Of a stretch of 64,000 nucleotides of DNA, positions 41,786 through 52,158 are shown in pieces. Under the pieces are notes generated by a model, which saw only the letters and a list, made by a program, of their open reading frames with translations, had not been told where the DNA came from and did not search any database. A program made the position numbers and the translations under genes. Position 1 is the stretch's first letter. Each line of letters begins with the position of its first letter. This stretch comes from an uncultured Clostridia bacterium (GTDB lineage: Bacteria; Bacillota; Clostridia; TANB77; CAG-508), in NCBI GenBank assembly GCA_947628835.1, contig CANRBL010000001.1, positions 1,618-65,617 of the forward strand, in the 5' to 3' direction.

Positions 41786-43597
41786 TTACTCATCATTTAG
41801 TTTTAATACAGATAAAAATGCCTCTTGTGGTACTTCTACATTCCCTATTTCTCTCATTTTTTTCTTTCCTCTTTTTTGTTTTTCCAATAACTTTTTCTTT
41901 CTCGTTATATCTCCTCCATAGCATTTTGCAAGTACATCTTTTCTCATTGCAGATATTGTTTCTCTTGCTATAATTTTTCCACCTATCATTGCTTGAATTG
42001 GTATTGTAAATAACTTTCTTGGAATTACTTCTTTTAATTTTTCTACCATTTTCTTTCCTCTGTTATAGCTACTATCTTTATGAACTATAAATGATAATGC
42101 ATCAACTTGCTCTCCATTAACATATATATCTAATTTTACTAAATCTGACTTTCTATATTCTTTAAACTCGTAATCAAATGAAGCATATCCTTTTGTTTTT
42201 GATTTTAAATTATCAAAAAAATCATATATAATCTCATTTAATGGCATATCATATATTAATGTTACTCTATTTGCATCTAAATATTTCATATCAATATATA
42301 TACCTCTCCTATTTTGGCATATTTCCATTACATTGCCTACATATTCTTTTGGTGTTAAAATTTGTGCTGTTACAATAGGCTCTTCTATATATGCAATTTC
42401 ATTAGGTGTTGGTAAATCTGCTGGATTGTATATTTCTAATATTTCGCCTGTTGTTTTATGCAATTTATATATAACTGATGGTGCTGTTGTAATTAGACCT
42501 AAATCAAATTCACGATCTAACCTTTCTTCTATTATTTCTAAATGTAACAATCCCAAAAATCCACATCTAAAACCAAATCCTAATGCAGCAGATGTTTCTT
42601 GCTCATATTGTAATGCTGCATCATTTAATTTTAGTTTTTCTAAAGCAATTTTTAAATTTTCATATTCACTTCCGTCCATTGGATATAACCCGCAATAAAC
42701 CATAGGAACGACTTTTTTATACCCTTTTAGTGGCTCTTCTGCTGGATTACTTGTTACTGTTATTGTATCTCCTACATGTATGTCTGATAGTGTTTTTATA
42801 CTTGCAGCTATATATCCAACTTCTCCTGCTTTTATTTCATTTGTTGGCATATATGAACCAGGTACAAAATATCCTACTTCAGATACAGTAAATACTTTGT
42901 TTGTTGCCATAAGTTTTATTTCATCTCCAACTTTTACCTTGCCATCTACTACTCTAACATATGCTATTGCTCCTTTGTAATTATCATAATATGAATCAAA
43001 TATTAAACATTTTGTTTTTGCATTTTCATCTCCATTTGGTGCTGGTAAATCTGTTACTATTCTTTCTAATACTTGTTCAACATTTAACCCAGATTTTGCT
43101 GAAATACATGGTGCATCTTGCGCAGGTATTCCTATAATATCTTCAATTTCATTTTTTACCTCTTCAGGTCTACTATTTGGTAAATCTATTTTATTTATAA
43201 CTGGTAATATCTCTAAATTATTATCTATTGCTAAATATACATTTGCTAATGTTTGTGCTTCTACTCCTTGGCTTGAATCTACAATTAAAATTGCTCCATC
43301 ACATGCTGCTAAACTTCTTGATACCTCATAATTAAAATCAACATGCCCTGGAGTGTCTATTAAATTAAAAGTGTATTCTTTGCCATCTTTTGCTTTATAT
43401 TTCATTCTTACAGCTTGAGATTTTATTGTAATTCCTCTTTCTTTTTCTATATCCATATTGTCCAAAACCTGAGATTCCATCTCTCTTTTTGATAATACTC
43501 CTGTCATTTCTATTAATCTATCTGCTAAAGTAGATTTTCCATGGTCTATATGTGCTATTATACTAAAGTTTCTTATATATTTTTGTCTTTCTTCCAT
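41786..43597 (-). CDS. lepA: elongation factor 4
   Basis: [22 protein letters not shown]-domain and LepA-specific C-terminal domain. Confidence 0.9.
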   Translation of the reverse strand: MEERQKYIRNFSIIAHIDHGKSTLADRLIEMTGVLSKREMESQVLDNMDIEKERGITIKSQAVRMKYKAKDGKEYTFNLIDTPGHVDFNYEVSRSLAACDGAILIVDSSQGVEAQTLANVYLAIDNNLEILPVINKIDLPNSRPEEVKNEIEDIIGIPAQDAPCISAKSGLNVEQVLERIVTDLPAPNGDENAKTKCLIFDSYYDNYKGAIAYVRVVDGKVKVGDEIKLMATNKVFTVSEVGYFVPGSYMPTNEIKAGEVGYIAASIKTLSDIHVGDTITVTSNPAEEPLKGYKKVVPMVYCGLYPMDGSEYENLKIALEKLKLNDAALQYEQETSAALGFGFRCGFLGLLHLEIIEERLDREFDLGLITTAPSVIYKLHKTTGEILEIYNPADLPTPNEIAYIEEPIVTAQILTPKEYVGNVMEICQNRRGIYIDMKYLDANRVTLIYDMPLNEIIYDFFDNLKSKTKGYASFDYEFKEYRKSDLVKLDIYVNGEQVDALSFIVHKDSSYNRGKKMVEKLKEVIPRKLFTIPIQAMIGGKIIARETISAMRKDVLAKCYGGDITRKKKLLEKQKRGKKKMREIGNVEVPQEAFLSVLKLNDE

Positions 43598-43732
43598 TTT
43601 TAATTCCTTTCTTAAAGCATAACTTTATTTATTCTGCTACACTTCTTTCCATAATATATTTTTATATATTCTTCGTAAAAAGCACCATTGTCATTTTTTT
43701 GTACTGAACCTTTTATATTTTATCTTATGTTT

Positions 43733-44323
43733 TTAAAATTGTCTTATTTGTTCTAAATTTAACTTTCCGCCACATTTGCTACATATATATTTTTGTATTA
43801 AATCTTTTTTTAACCTTTTTCTATATATAACTTGTCCACATTTTTTACATATAATTTTATATTTATAGTCATTACTTTCTTTTTTATATGGTAAATTACT
43901 TTTTTTATAATCTTCTTCTTTATTTCCTACTGTTTTTATATCATAACCTAGTTTTTTATTTATGTAATTTGCATATTTTTTAAATTCTTTTCCATGGTTA
44001 TTACAATTTGGTAAACAATGTATAATTTCATGCATAACAGTATTTTTTATTATGTCTTCATTAAGTTCTAATACCCATTTACTAATTTCTATATGATGTT
44101 TTTTAAATCTATCATATTTTTTATATTTTTTCCTTCCTCGTTTTTCTATATGATAATATTTTTTATCTGGTTCCTCTTGCTTACAACACCCATATCTTTT
44201 TGCATCTCTTTTGGCTAGTTTTATATCTACATTTCCTATTAAAGGATTGTCTTTGATATTTATTTCTACTGTTCTTAATTCTTCTATACATTTATTATAT
44301 ATATCTTTTAGCTTTTCTTCCAC
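43733..44323 (-). CDS. SprT-like zinc metallopeptidase-fold protein with C-terminal zinc ribbon
   Basis: HEIIH motif and C-terminal CxxC...CxxC (CKKCG...CSKCGG). Confidence 0.55.
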   Translation of the reverse strand: MEEKLKDIYNKCIEELRTVEINIKDNPLIGNVDIKLAKRDAKRYGCCKQEEPDKKYYHIEKRGRKKYKKYDRFKKHHIEISKWVLELNEDIIKNTVMHEIIHCLPNCNNHGKEFKKYANYINKKLGYDIKTVGNKEEDYKKSNLPYKKESNDYKYKIICKKCGQVIYRKRLKKDLIQKYICSKCGGKLNLEQIRQF

Positions 44324-44348
44324 TTTAAACCTCTATTTTTATGATTTT

Positions 44349-45074
44349 TTACATATCTTTACTAATACTTTTTAATACATGCTTTGTTGTATTGCTTTTA
44401 TCTAATTTATTGATTATTAATATTATTATTGCAACTATTATTAATATTACTAAATATAACATAATACTCATCTTCCAATCACCATTTACTAAATTATGTC
44501 CTGCAAGTGTTGATGTTATAACTGATGGAAATCGTGCAAATGTTGTAATTATTACAAATCTAATTGGTTTTATTGGTAACAAACCTGCTACATATACTAA
44601 TAAATCCTTTGGCGTCCCTGGTATTAAAAATAATATGAGCATAATAAATTCTATTGTTTTTGGATTTTGAAATATTTTATTGTTTTCTATCTTTTTTACT
44701 TTATTTTCATCACAAAAATTATATATAAATTTTCTTCCAAATTTTCTAACTAATAAAAATATTGATGTTGATATTAAACAACTTGATATCATAATAAATA
44801 TTGTTCCCCAAAAACTTCCATAGCACATTCCTGCTACTATTTCTATAGGCTCGCCTGGTAATATTATTAAAAATATTTGTGCAATTTCCATTCCTAATAA
44901 TAATAACATTCCTAAAATTCCCAAACTTTGTACCTTATTTTTAAATTCTACTTGTCCTTCGGCTGATGATAGATTTTTCATTAAAGGAAATAAATATATA
45001 ATCATTGCTATGATTATTGCTAATGCAATTATTGTCAATATTATTTTAAATATTGCTACATTTTTTTTCTTCAT
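44349..45074 (-). CDS. TVP38/TMEM64 (DedA-related) family membrane protein
   Basis: VAGLLPIKPIRFVIITTFARFP motif typical of YdjX/YdjZ-like proteins. Confidence 0.7.
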   Translation of the reverse strand: MKKKNVAIFKIILTIIALAIIIAMIIYLFPLMKNLSSAEGQVEFKNKVQSLGILGMLLLLGMEIAQIFLIILPGEPIEIVAGMCYGSFWGTIFIMISSCLISTSIFLLVRKFGRKFIYNFCDENKVKKIENNKIFQNPKTIEFIMLILFLIPGTPKDLLVYVAGLLPIKPIRFVIITTFARFPSVITSTLAGHNLVNGDWKMSIMLYLVILIIVAIIILIINKLDKSNTTKHVLKSISKDM

Positions 45075-45154
45075 CTTATCCCTTCTTTTTTTACTTTCAT
45101 ATTATATAAATAAATCTAGCTTAATATATTATTAAACTAGATTATTTATATCTA

Positions 45155-45694
45155 TTAATAATTTTCTGCCTTGATTTCAAAATATGCTTGAGGGTGATTG
45201 CATACAGGACAAACTGCTGGTGCTTCTTTTCCTATACATATATGTCCACAATTTCTACATTTCCAAATTTTATCTCCATCTTTAGAAAATACTAATTCAT
45301 TTTCTACATTCTCTAATAATTTTTTAAATCTTTCTTCATGTTCTTTTTCTATTTTTCCAACTTGTTCAAATAAATATGCTATTTTATCAAAACCTTCTTC
45401 TTTTGCTTCTTTAGCAAATTTTTCATACATATCTGTCCATTCATAATTTTCTCCATCAGCAGCTGCTTTTAAATTTTGAACTGTTGTAGGAATGTTTCCA
45501 TCATTCAATAATTTAAACCACATTTTTGCATGTTCTTTTTCATTATCTGCTGTTTCTAAGAATATTGCTGATAATTGTTCATATCCTTCTTTCTTTGCTT
45601 GACTAGCAAAATATGTATATTTATTTCTTGCTTGTGATTCTCCTGCAAATGCTTCCATTAAATTTTTTTCTGTTTTACTTCCTTTTAATCCCAT
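45155..45694 (-). CDS. rbr: rubrerythrin
   Basis: ferritin-like diiron domain ([10 protein letters not shown] ... EKEH) plus C-terminal rubredoxin-like CxxC...CxxC. Confidence 0.85.
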   Translation of the reverse strand: MGLKGSKTEKNLMEAFAGESQARNKYTYFASQAKKEGYEQLSAIFLETADNEKEHAKMWFKLLNDGNIPTTVQNLKAAADGENYEWTDMYEKFAKEAKEEGFDKIAYLFEQVGKIEKEHEERFKKLLENVENELVFSKDGDKIWKCRNCGHICIGKEAPAVCPVCNHPQAYFEIKAENY

Positions 45695-45766
45695 TTAAAT
45701 TTCCTCCTTAATTATTTCATATATTTTTGTTTATTTTATCATATTCTAAAAAAAAGTCAATACTTT

Positions 45767-46165
45767 TTAACTTTTTGTATTAGTATTAACGCCTATTATT
45801 CCCCCTATTATTCCACATATCATTCCTGTAATAATTACTACTAAAGAACTTCCATTTAGTGAAAAATTTGAATTGATTATACTTGATATTATATATATTG
45901 AAAATAAATATATAATCCCTATAATACCACCTTTTATAATACCATTTTTATTACTTTTTAAATTTCCAATAGAACTTCCTATTAAAATACTAATTGCTGT
46001 TATAACAATTATAACTGGACTTATTATACTTTCACTTATATTAGTATATGTTAATATAACTGATAATACTAATAGAAATATGATTGTAAATATAAATGAT
46101 ATAATAACTCCTTTTACTATGCCCATAATATTGTTGCTTTGTTTAGCTCCTGAATATAATTCCAT
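45767..46165 (-). CDS. small Gly/Ile-rich integral membrane protein
   Basis: four predicted TM helices with GGIIG motifs; family unclear. Confidence 0.35.
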   Translation of the reverse strand: MELYSGAKQSNNIMGIVKGVIISFIFTIIFLLVLSVILTYTNISESIISPVIIVITAISILIGSSIGNLKSNKNGIIKGGIIGIIYLFSIYIISSIINSNFSLNGSSLVVIITGMICGIIGGIIGVNTNTKS

Positions 46166-46239
46166 ATATCCTCCCTATAAATATAAATTTATATTTATAT
46201 ATTTATTATCTTTTTTTATTTTTAGAACATTATTTTTTA

Positions 46240-46818
46240 TTAATATAAATTAATTAACTTTTTTTCTAATTCCTCTATAAAATTTATTATTATTTCTTCT
46301 CTTATAAAATTTTTATTATATTCTTTTTTTAAAGATGTTGCTATATTTATTGTTTCTTCACTAAAATTACATTCATTAACATTAAATCCTATACTAATAA
46401 TTAAATAGTTTATTTTTTCTCCTATGCAGTTTATTTCTGTTAATATACCACTAATTTTTTTATTATTTAATATTAAATCATTTGGTTCTTTGATTTCTAA
46501 ATTTATATTATATAATTTTTTTATTACAGTTTGCATTGTTTTTGCAATTTCAACTGTTAGTCCTTCAAGTTTATTTAATTTACAGTTTATATGTAAAATC
46601 ATAGACATTGCTATATTATTGCCTTTTCCTGTGTACCAATTTCTCCCCTTGGTTCCTATTCCATTTGTTTGCATATCTGCTATTATTATTTTTCCATTTT
46701 GATTTTTTTCATTCGCTATTTCTTTTGCTTTTATATGTGTTGAATTTATTTCTTCATAATATTCTATAATTTTTCCTAAATATTTTGTTTTTGCATTTTT
46801 TATTTTTTCTATATCCAT
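46240..46818 (-). CDS. birA: biotin--[acetyl-CoA-carboxylase] ligase (catalytic domain only, no HTH)
   Basis: GIGTKGRNW (GRGRxGRxW-like) motif, BPL_LplA_LipB fold, ~190 aa. Confidence 0.7.
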   Translation of the reverse strand: MDIEKIKNAKTKYLGKIIEYYEEINSTHIKAKEIANEKNQNGKIIIADMQTNGIGTKGRNWYTGKGNNIAMSMILHINCKLNKLEGLTVEIAKTMQTVIKKLYNINLEIKEPNDLILNNKKISGILTEINCIGEKINYLIISIGFNVNECNFSEETINIATSLKKEYNKNFIREEIIINFIEELEKKLINLY

Positions 46819-46965
46819 AATTACATCTAGTCCTTTCTCTATTATAAATTAATTTAAAAATTATTTTTCTTATTTATATATTTTAAGGCATTTAAAATTT
46901 TTATGCAATATTTAATTCTATATACTAGGAAAGATTATGAAACTCTAATTTTTCAATTCTATGTA

Positions 46966-47138
46966 AAATAAAATATTATTTTTTCAAAAATGCTCGTTCA
47001 AATAATTTTCACAGAACTTCTAAAAAAATTTTATGGCACCCTTCCACGACAAGCGTGAACTCTTTCCATAAAATTTTTTAGAAGTTCTAGCTTAATTATT
47101 TTCAATGCGCTTTTTTCAAAAATATATATTTTATTTCT
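46966..47138. repeat. palindromic intergenic repeat element, family 1, copy C
   Basis: near-identical to copy B (core ggcacccttccacgacaagcgtgaactctttcc); abuts the stop of the DUF1540 ORF. Confidence 0.7.
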
Positions 47139-47142
47139 CATT

Positions 47143-47307
47143 TTAATCATTATTTTTATAATTTGAACACATTGATTCATCAGCATTTTTTGTATCACAT
47201 TCTTGTTTTGGAGTTACTATTATTGAATGTAAATTACATTCTTGTCTTTGTTCATTATTGTATTCACAACTTGTTACTGTACAATTTATTTTTTGATTAT
47301 TATCCAT
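47143..47307 (-). CDS. DUF1540-like small Cys-rich protein (54 aa)
   Basis: minus-strand ORF MDNNQKINCTVTSCEYNNEQRQECNLHSIIVTPKQECDTKNADESMCSNYKNND with two C-x-V-x-x-C-x-Y-N-like half-sites typical of DUF1540; missed by the ORF track; weak RBS. Confidence 0.45.
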   Translation of the reverse strand: MDNNQKINCTVTSCEYNNEQRQECNLHSIIVTPKQECDTKNADESMCSNYKNND

Positions 47308-47514
47308 AATTTTTCATATATTAGTTTTTTTACTAATATATATCCTCCTTCTTTATTTTTATCTTCCTGAATTAATAACATTCAATTATATCTATTATTT
47401 GTTTTTTTCTATTTTTTATTCAAAAACTCTTTTTTATATTGAAATTATATACAAAAATCATTATAATAAATATATCAAAAATAAACTAATAATATGAAGG
47501 GAACGTAATTTCAT

Positions 47515-48024
47515 ATGAAAATTTTATTTAAAAATATTACTACTTATTCTGAAAAAAATTATAAAAAATTTTTGAAATTTCATAATAAAAAATTTAATAG
47601 TTATTATACATTTACTACTATCATTACATTAATTTTAATTTTATATTGTATTATAGTAACCATACAATATAAAAATTTAAAATTATTTATGCTATTTTTT
47701 ATTTTATTAATTTGTTACTTTATTTATAGCTTTTTTTATCCTATAAAAAAAATACAAAAAGAATTAAAAAGTGATACAATATGCAATTCAGAAACTTTTA
47801 CTTTTGTATTTTATAAATATTATTTTAAAATTATTGGTAATAAACAACATATTAAATTTCCATATTTTAAACTTTATAAAGTTTTTGAAACAAAAGATTT
47901 TTTCTACTTATATTCTAATAAAAATCACTCTTTTGCTCTTAATAAAAACGGATTTAAAATTGGAAATTCAAAAAATTTTTCTAAATTTATTCGTACAAAA
48001 TGTTCTTGCATGAAATTCACATAG
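47515..48024 (+). CDS. hypothetical two-TM membrane protein (YcxB-like topology)
   Basis: short cytosolic N-terminus, two TM helices, ~90-aa C-terminal domain. Confidence 0.3.
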   Translation: MKILFKNITTYSEKNYKKFLKFHNKKFNSYYTFTTIITLILILYCIIVTIQYKNLKLFMLFFILLICYFIYSFFYPIKKIQKELKSDTICNSETFTFVFYKYYFKIIGNKQHIKFPYFKLYKVFETKDFFYLYSNKNHSFALNKNGFKIGNSKNFSKFIRTKCSCMKFT

Positions 48025-48140
48025 TGAATTTCTGTGCAAGAGTTTTTTATACTCTAGGAAAGTCATCATCATTTATGATGATAGACTTGACATAGAGTAT
48101 AATTATGCGGAGTTTAGATTTTCTTAAAAGCTTTGCTTTT
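48003..48140. repeat. palindromic repeat module, family 2, copy 2, with additional hairpin modules
   Basis: tgttcttgcatgaaattcacatagtgaatttctgtgcaagag matches 33001-33045; plus atactctaggaaagtc...gacttgacatagagtat and catcatcatttatgatgat hairpins. Confidence 0.6.
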
Positions 48141-48232
48141 TAGAAAATGTTAATTCCGTTTTTTTATAATATTATTAACATTATTTAACTTTTTTCATAT
48201 TATATAAAAAAATATGAAGGGAGTTTATTTTT

Positions 48233-48394
48233 ATGGATTACGAATTAATGATGAATGGTCATATAAGAATTGGGCAACATGCACCAGATTTTGAAGCAAT
48301 TACTACTTATGGAAAAATATGTTTAAAAGATTATTTAGGCAAATGGCTTGTATTATTTTCTCATCCCGGTGATTTTACCCCCGTATACTCTTAA
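48233..48394 (+). pseudogene. truncated 1-Cys/Prx6-like peroxiredoxin remnant (N-terminal 53 codons)
   Basis: RBS GAAGGGAG then [53 protein letters not shown]; the motif [19 protein letters not shown] is cut off, with peroxidatic Cys replaced by Tyr followed by a stop. Confidence 0.7.
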
Positions 48395-48436
48395 TGTTAG
48401 AAACAATCTACAAAACATATATATCACTATTCTTAA

Positions 48437-49213
48437 TTACATATTGTAATTTAATCTTTCTATTTTTATAACCTTATTCGTATTATCATCAATATCAAAT
48501 ATACAAGAATTAAATATACATTCTCCTTCTGCAACTTTATATCTTTCAGGCAAAGTTGTTTCAAACCTTTTTATAGAAGCCTTTATATCCATTCCAATAA
48601 CAGAATATTTTGGCCCAGTCATACCGATATCAGTAATATATCCTGTACCATTAGGCAATATTTTTTCATCTGCTGTTTGAACATGTGTATGTGTACCAAA
48701 TATAGCAGTAACTTTACCATCTAAATAATATCCCAAAGCAATTTTTTCTGCTGTTGCCTCAGCATGAAAATCTACTATAATAATATCAGCATTATTCTTT
48801 ATTTTATCTATAATTTTTCTACTTAATATAAATGGATTTTCTGTAAGAATATTTATATCAACTCTACCAATTAAATTTATTACAGCAATTTTTTTATCAT
48901 TACAATTATAAATATTATAACCTTTACCAACAACACCTTCTGGATAGTTAGCAGGTCTTATTAATTCTGGCGCATCTATAAAATTAAAAATATCTTTTTT
49001 ACCCCAAGTATGATTTCCCATTGTAACAACATTTCCACCTGAATGTAGTATATTTTTAAATATACTTTCTGTTATTCCCATTCCACCAGCTGAATTTTCA
49101 CCATTTACAATAACAAAATCTATGTTTTTTTCTTTTTTAATTTTAGGTAAGTTCTTTTGTAATTCTTTAACTCCACTTTCCCCAACAATATCACCAACTG
49201 CTAAAATTTTCAA
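48437..49213 (-). CDS. ymdB: YmdB-like (TIGR00282) metallophosphoesterase
   Basis: MKILAVGDIVG...NGEN calcineurin-like motifs, ~260 aa. Confidence 0.8.
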   Translation of the reverse strand: MKILAVGDIVGESGVKELQKNLPKIKKEKNIDFVIVNGENSAGGMGITESIFKNILHSGGNVVTMGNHTWGKKDIFNFIDAPELIRPANYPEGVVGKGYNIYNCNDKKIAVINLIGRVDINILTENPFILSRKIIDKIKNNADIIIVDFHAEATAEKIALGYYLDGKVTAIFGTHTHVQTADEKILPNGTGYITDIGMTGPKYSVIGMDIKASIKRFETTLPERYKVAEGECIFNSCIFDIDDNTNKVIKIERLNYNM

Positions 49214-49232
49214 ATTGTTACTCTCCTTTTTA

Positions 49233-50342
49233 TTAAATTTTAACTATTTTTTCCCATGGCAGATATGATTTCCCAAAATGTCCATAATTAGTTGTTTTCT
49301 TATAAATAGGTTGTTTTAAACCTAAATAATCTATTATTCCTTGTGGTGTTAAATTAAAATTATTTTTTATTATTTCAATAATTTTTTCTTCTTCTATTGT
49401 ATTTGTATTAAATGTATTAATATATATTGACATTGGTTGTTCCATACCTATTGCATATGCAATTTGAACTTCACATTTTTTTGCATATCCATTTGCTACA
49501 ATATTTTTAGCTATATGTCTTAACATATATGCTGCACTTCTATCAACTTTAGTAGCATCTTTTCCAGAAAACGCACCTCCACCATGTCTTGCATAACCAC
49601 CATATGTATCTACAATTATTTTTCTGCCAGTTAGACCAGTATCCCCTAATGGACCTCCTATTACAAATCTACCAGTTGGGTTTATATAGTATTTTGTTTT
49701 TTCATCTAAGTATTTTTCTGGAATTACTGTTTTTATAACATTTTCTATTATTTCATCTTTCATTTTACTTAAATCAGTATTTTCTGTATGTTGATTAGAA
49801 ATTAATATTGTATCTATTCGCTTTATTTTTTCATTTTCATATTCAACTGTAACTTGTGTTTTTCCATCAGGTCTTAAATATGGCATTATTCCGTTTTTTC
49901 TAACTTCAGTTAATCTTTTTGCAAGCTTGTGTGCAACCATAATTGCAAAAGGCATATATTCTTCTGTTTCATCTGTAGCATAACCAAACATAATTCCCTG
50001 GTCTCCAGCTCCTCCAATATCTACTCCCATTGCAATATCTGAACTTTGTTTTGTAATATTGACATCTATTATACATGTCCTATAATCAATATCTAAATTT
50101 TCATTTTCATATCCAATTTCTTTTATAGTTTCCCTAACTATATTTTCAATATCTAAATTTGCATTTGTTGTTATTTGACCTGCAATTGTTATTTTATTAG
50201 CTGATGCAAATGTTTCAACTGCAACTCTTGAATTTTCATCTTGTTTCAAACATTCATCTAAAATTGCATCAGATATAGTATCACATAATTTATCTGGATG
50301 TCCTTCTGTTACACTTTCTGATGTAAAAAAATACTTACTCAT
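49233..50342 (-). CDS. metK: S-adenosylmethionine synthetase
   Basis: [16 protein letters not shown]; start proposed at MSKYFF (ATG 50342) behind a GGAGTGG RBS, since the upstream in-frame extension contains the rplQ terminator. Confidence 0.9.
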   Translation of the reverse strand: MSKYFFTSESVTEGHPDKLCDTISDAILDECLKQDENSRVAVETFASANKITIAGQITTNANLDIENIVRETIKEIGYENENLDIDYRTCIIDVNITKQSSDIAMGVDIGGAGDQGIMFGYATDETEEYMPFAIMVAHKLAKRLTEVRKNGIMPYLRPDGKTQVTVEYENEKIKRIDTILISNQHTENTDLSKMKDEIIENVIKTVIPEKYLDEKTKYYINPTGRFVIGGPLGDTGLTGRKIIVDTYGGYARHGGGAFSGKDATKVDRSAAYMLRHIAKNIVANGYAKKCEVQIAYAIGMEQPMSIYINTFNTNTIEEEKIIEIIKNNFNLTPQGIIDYLGLKQPIYKKTTNYGHFGKSYLPWEKIVKI

Positions 50343-50381
50343 ACCATTACCACTCCATTTTTTATTACTTTTACTAATATT

Positions 50382-50420
50382 AAAAGCCACATCTAATAAA
50401 CTATAGATTTGTGGCTTTCT
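50382..50420 (-). terminator. putative terminator after rplQ
   Basis: AAAGCCACA / TGTGGCTTT stem followed by TTAATATT on the minus strand. Confidence 0.45.
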
Positions 50421-50437
50421 AATTATAAATTACTTTA

Positions 50438-50971
50438 TTAAACAAGTTGTAATATAACCATTTCTGCTCCATCGCCTCTACGTGGACCACATTTTACTAT
50501 TCTTGTATATCCACCGACTCTACCAGAATATCTTGTTGCTAATTCATTAAATAATTTTGATGGTAAATCTACTTTATTTCCTTCACTATCTACAACTTTG
50601 TTAATTTTTCTCATTATTTTTCTTCTTGCATTTAATCTTGATGGCATATCTTTTTGTCTTTTTTCAACAGTTTCTTCTTTTACAACTTTTAGGTATTCTT
50701 TTCCATTTTTGCTTTTTACTAATTCTGTAACTTTATTACCTTTAGCATCTAATTTAGCTTTTACTACTTTTACATCAACCATTTCAAAGTTATCTTTTTC
50801 TTTTACTGCTAATGCAATTATACTATCAACTATAGCTTTAACTTCCTTTGCTCTTTGTTCTGTAGTTTCAATTTTTTCATGCCAAATTAAATCTGTTGAT
50901 AATGTTTTTAGCATTGACATTCTTATATCTGTTGTTCTACCTAATTTTCTATTTTTAGCCAATTTTTTCAC
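50438..50971 (-). CDS. rplQ: 50S ribosomal protein L17, with ~55-aa Lys-rich internal insertion
   Basis: RKLGRTT...HEKIETT N-terminus and ...RYSGRVGGYTRIVKCGPRRGDGAEMVILQLV C-terminus; 177 aa versus ~115-125 aa typical. Confidence 0.85.
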   Translation of the reverse strand: MKKLAKNRKLGRTTDIRMSMLKTLSTDLIWHEKIETTEQRAKEVKAIVDSIIALAVKEKDNFEMVDVKVVKAKLDAKGNKVTELVKSKNGKEYLKVVKEETVEKRQKDMPSRLNARRKIMRKINKVVDSEGNKVDLPSKLFNELATRYSGRVGGYTRIVKCGPRRGDGAEMVILQLV

Positions 50972-51024
50972 CTTCCTCTTCTTCTTTTAAGAAAATAATA
51001 TTCTAATTTCTCTATATTCTTTTA

Positions 51025-51972
51025 TTAATCATCTTCTTGTGCAAAGTCTAACCCTAATGAATGTAATTTTGCAGTTACTTCATCTAATGATTTTTTTCCT
51101 AAATTTCTTACTTTCATCATATCAGCTTCTGTTTTATTTGTCAAATCTTCAACAGTTGATATATTTGCTCTTTTTAAGCAATTAAATGACCTTACAGATA
51201 ATTCTAATTCTTCTATTGACATTTCTAAAACTTTTTCTTTTTTAGATTCCTCTTTTTCTATCATTACTTGTGTATTCTTAGCTGTTTCAGATAAATCTAT
51301 AAATAATTCTAAATGTCCTGTCATTACTTTTGCAGCTAAACTTAATGCTTCATATGCTTTTAGACTTCCATCTGTCCAAACTTCTATAATTAACTTGTCG
51401 TAATCTACCATTTGACCAACTCTAGTATTTTCTACTTGATAATTTACTTTCTTTACTGGTGTATATATAGAATCTATTGGAAGAACAGATATGTCTTGAT
51501 CTGGTTTTTTATTTTTTTCTGATGAGTTATATCCTCTACCTTTATCTGCTGTCATTTCAATAACTAAATGACCTCCTTCAGATACTGTTGCAATATGTAA
51601 ATCAGGATTTAATATTTCTACAGTTCCATCTGTAATAATATCTCCTGCTGTTACTTCTCCTTCTCCCTTAAAATCTATTCTTAAACTTTTTTCTTCATTT
51701 TGGTCAAAACGTAATCTTACACCTTTTAAATTTATTATAATTTCTGGAACATCTTCTACAACATTTGGTACACTTGAAAATTCATGTAATATTCCATCAA
51801 TTTTTACACTTGTTATTGCACAACCTGGAAGTGATGAAAGTAAAATTCTTCTTAAAGAATTTCCTATTGTTACTCCATAACCTCTTTCTAATGGTTCACA
51901 TACAAATTTTGCATAGTTTTTTGTATCATCAACCTCTAGACATTCAATATTTGGTTTTTCAAATTCAATCAT
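51025..51972 (-). CDS. rpoA: DNA-directed RNA polymerase subunit alpha
   Basis: N-terminal domain plus C-terminal HhH domain; canonical position after rpsD. Confidence 0.9.
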   Translation of the reverse strand: MIEFEKPNIECLEVDDTKNYAKFVCEPLERGYGVTIGNSLRRILLSSLPGCAITSVKIDGILHEFSSVPNVVEDVPEIIINLKGVRLRFDQNEEKSLRIDFKGEGEVTAGDIITDGTVEILNPDLHIATVSEGGHLVIEMTADKGRGYNSSEKNKKPDQDISVLPIDSIYTPVKKVNYQVENTRVGQMVDYDKLIIEVWTDGSLKAYEALSLAAKVMTGHLELFIDLSETAKNTQVMIEKEESKKEKVLEMSIEELELSVRSFNCLKRANISTVEDLTNKTEADMMKVRNLGKKSLDEVTAKLHSLGLDFAQEDD

Positions 51973-52158
51973 TCTTACCTCCTATTTGAGATACTAGATG
52001 TGAGATATTTATAATGTTTTTACTTATATCTCACTTTATAACTCTACACGCTTAACTCTAAATATAATAAAATATACATAATTTTTGTTTCATAATATCC
52101 ATATAAATATTGTATATACATTTTATAGTAATAAAATGTTTTTGCATATTTTTTAATT

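Noticed and set aside
49233-50390. long N-terminal extensions of metK (to 50390), lysS (MRGRKF), infB (MEVKLL, overlapping ylxQ), rbfA and nrnA
   Set aside because: Internal start codons with proper Shine-Dalgarno sequences match family N-termini. The extensions overlap upstream genes or terminators, so the shorter starts are preferred.
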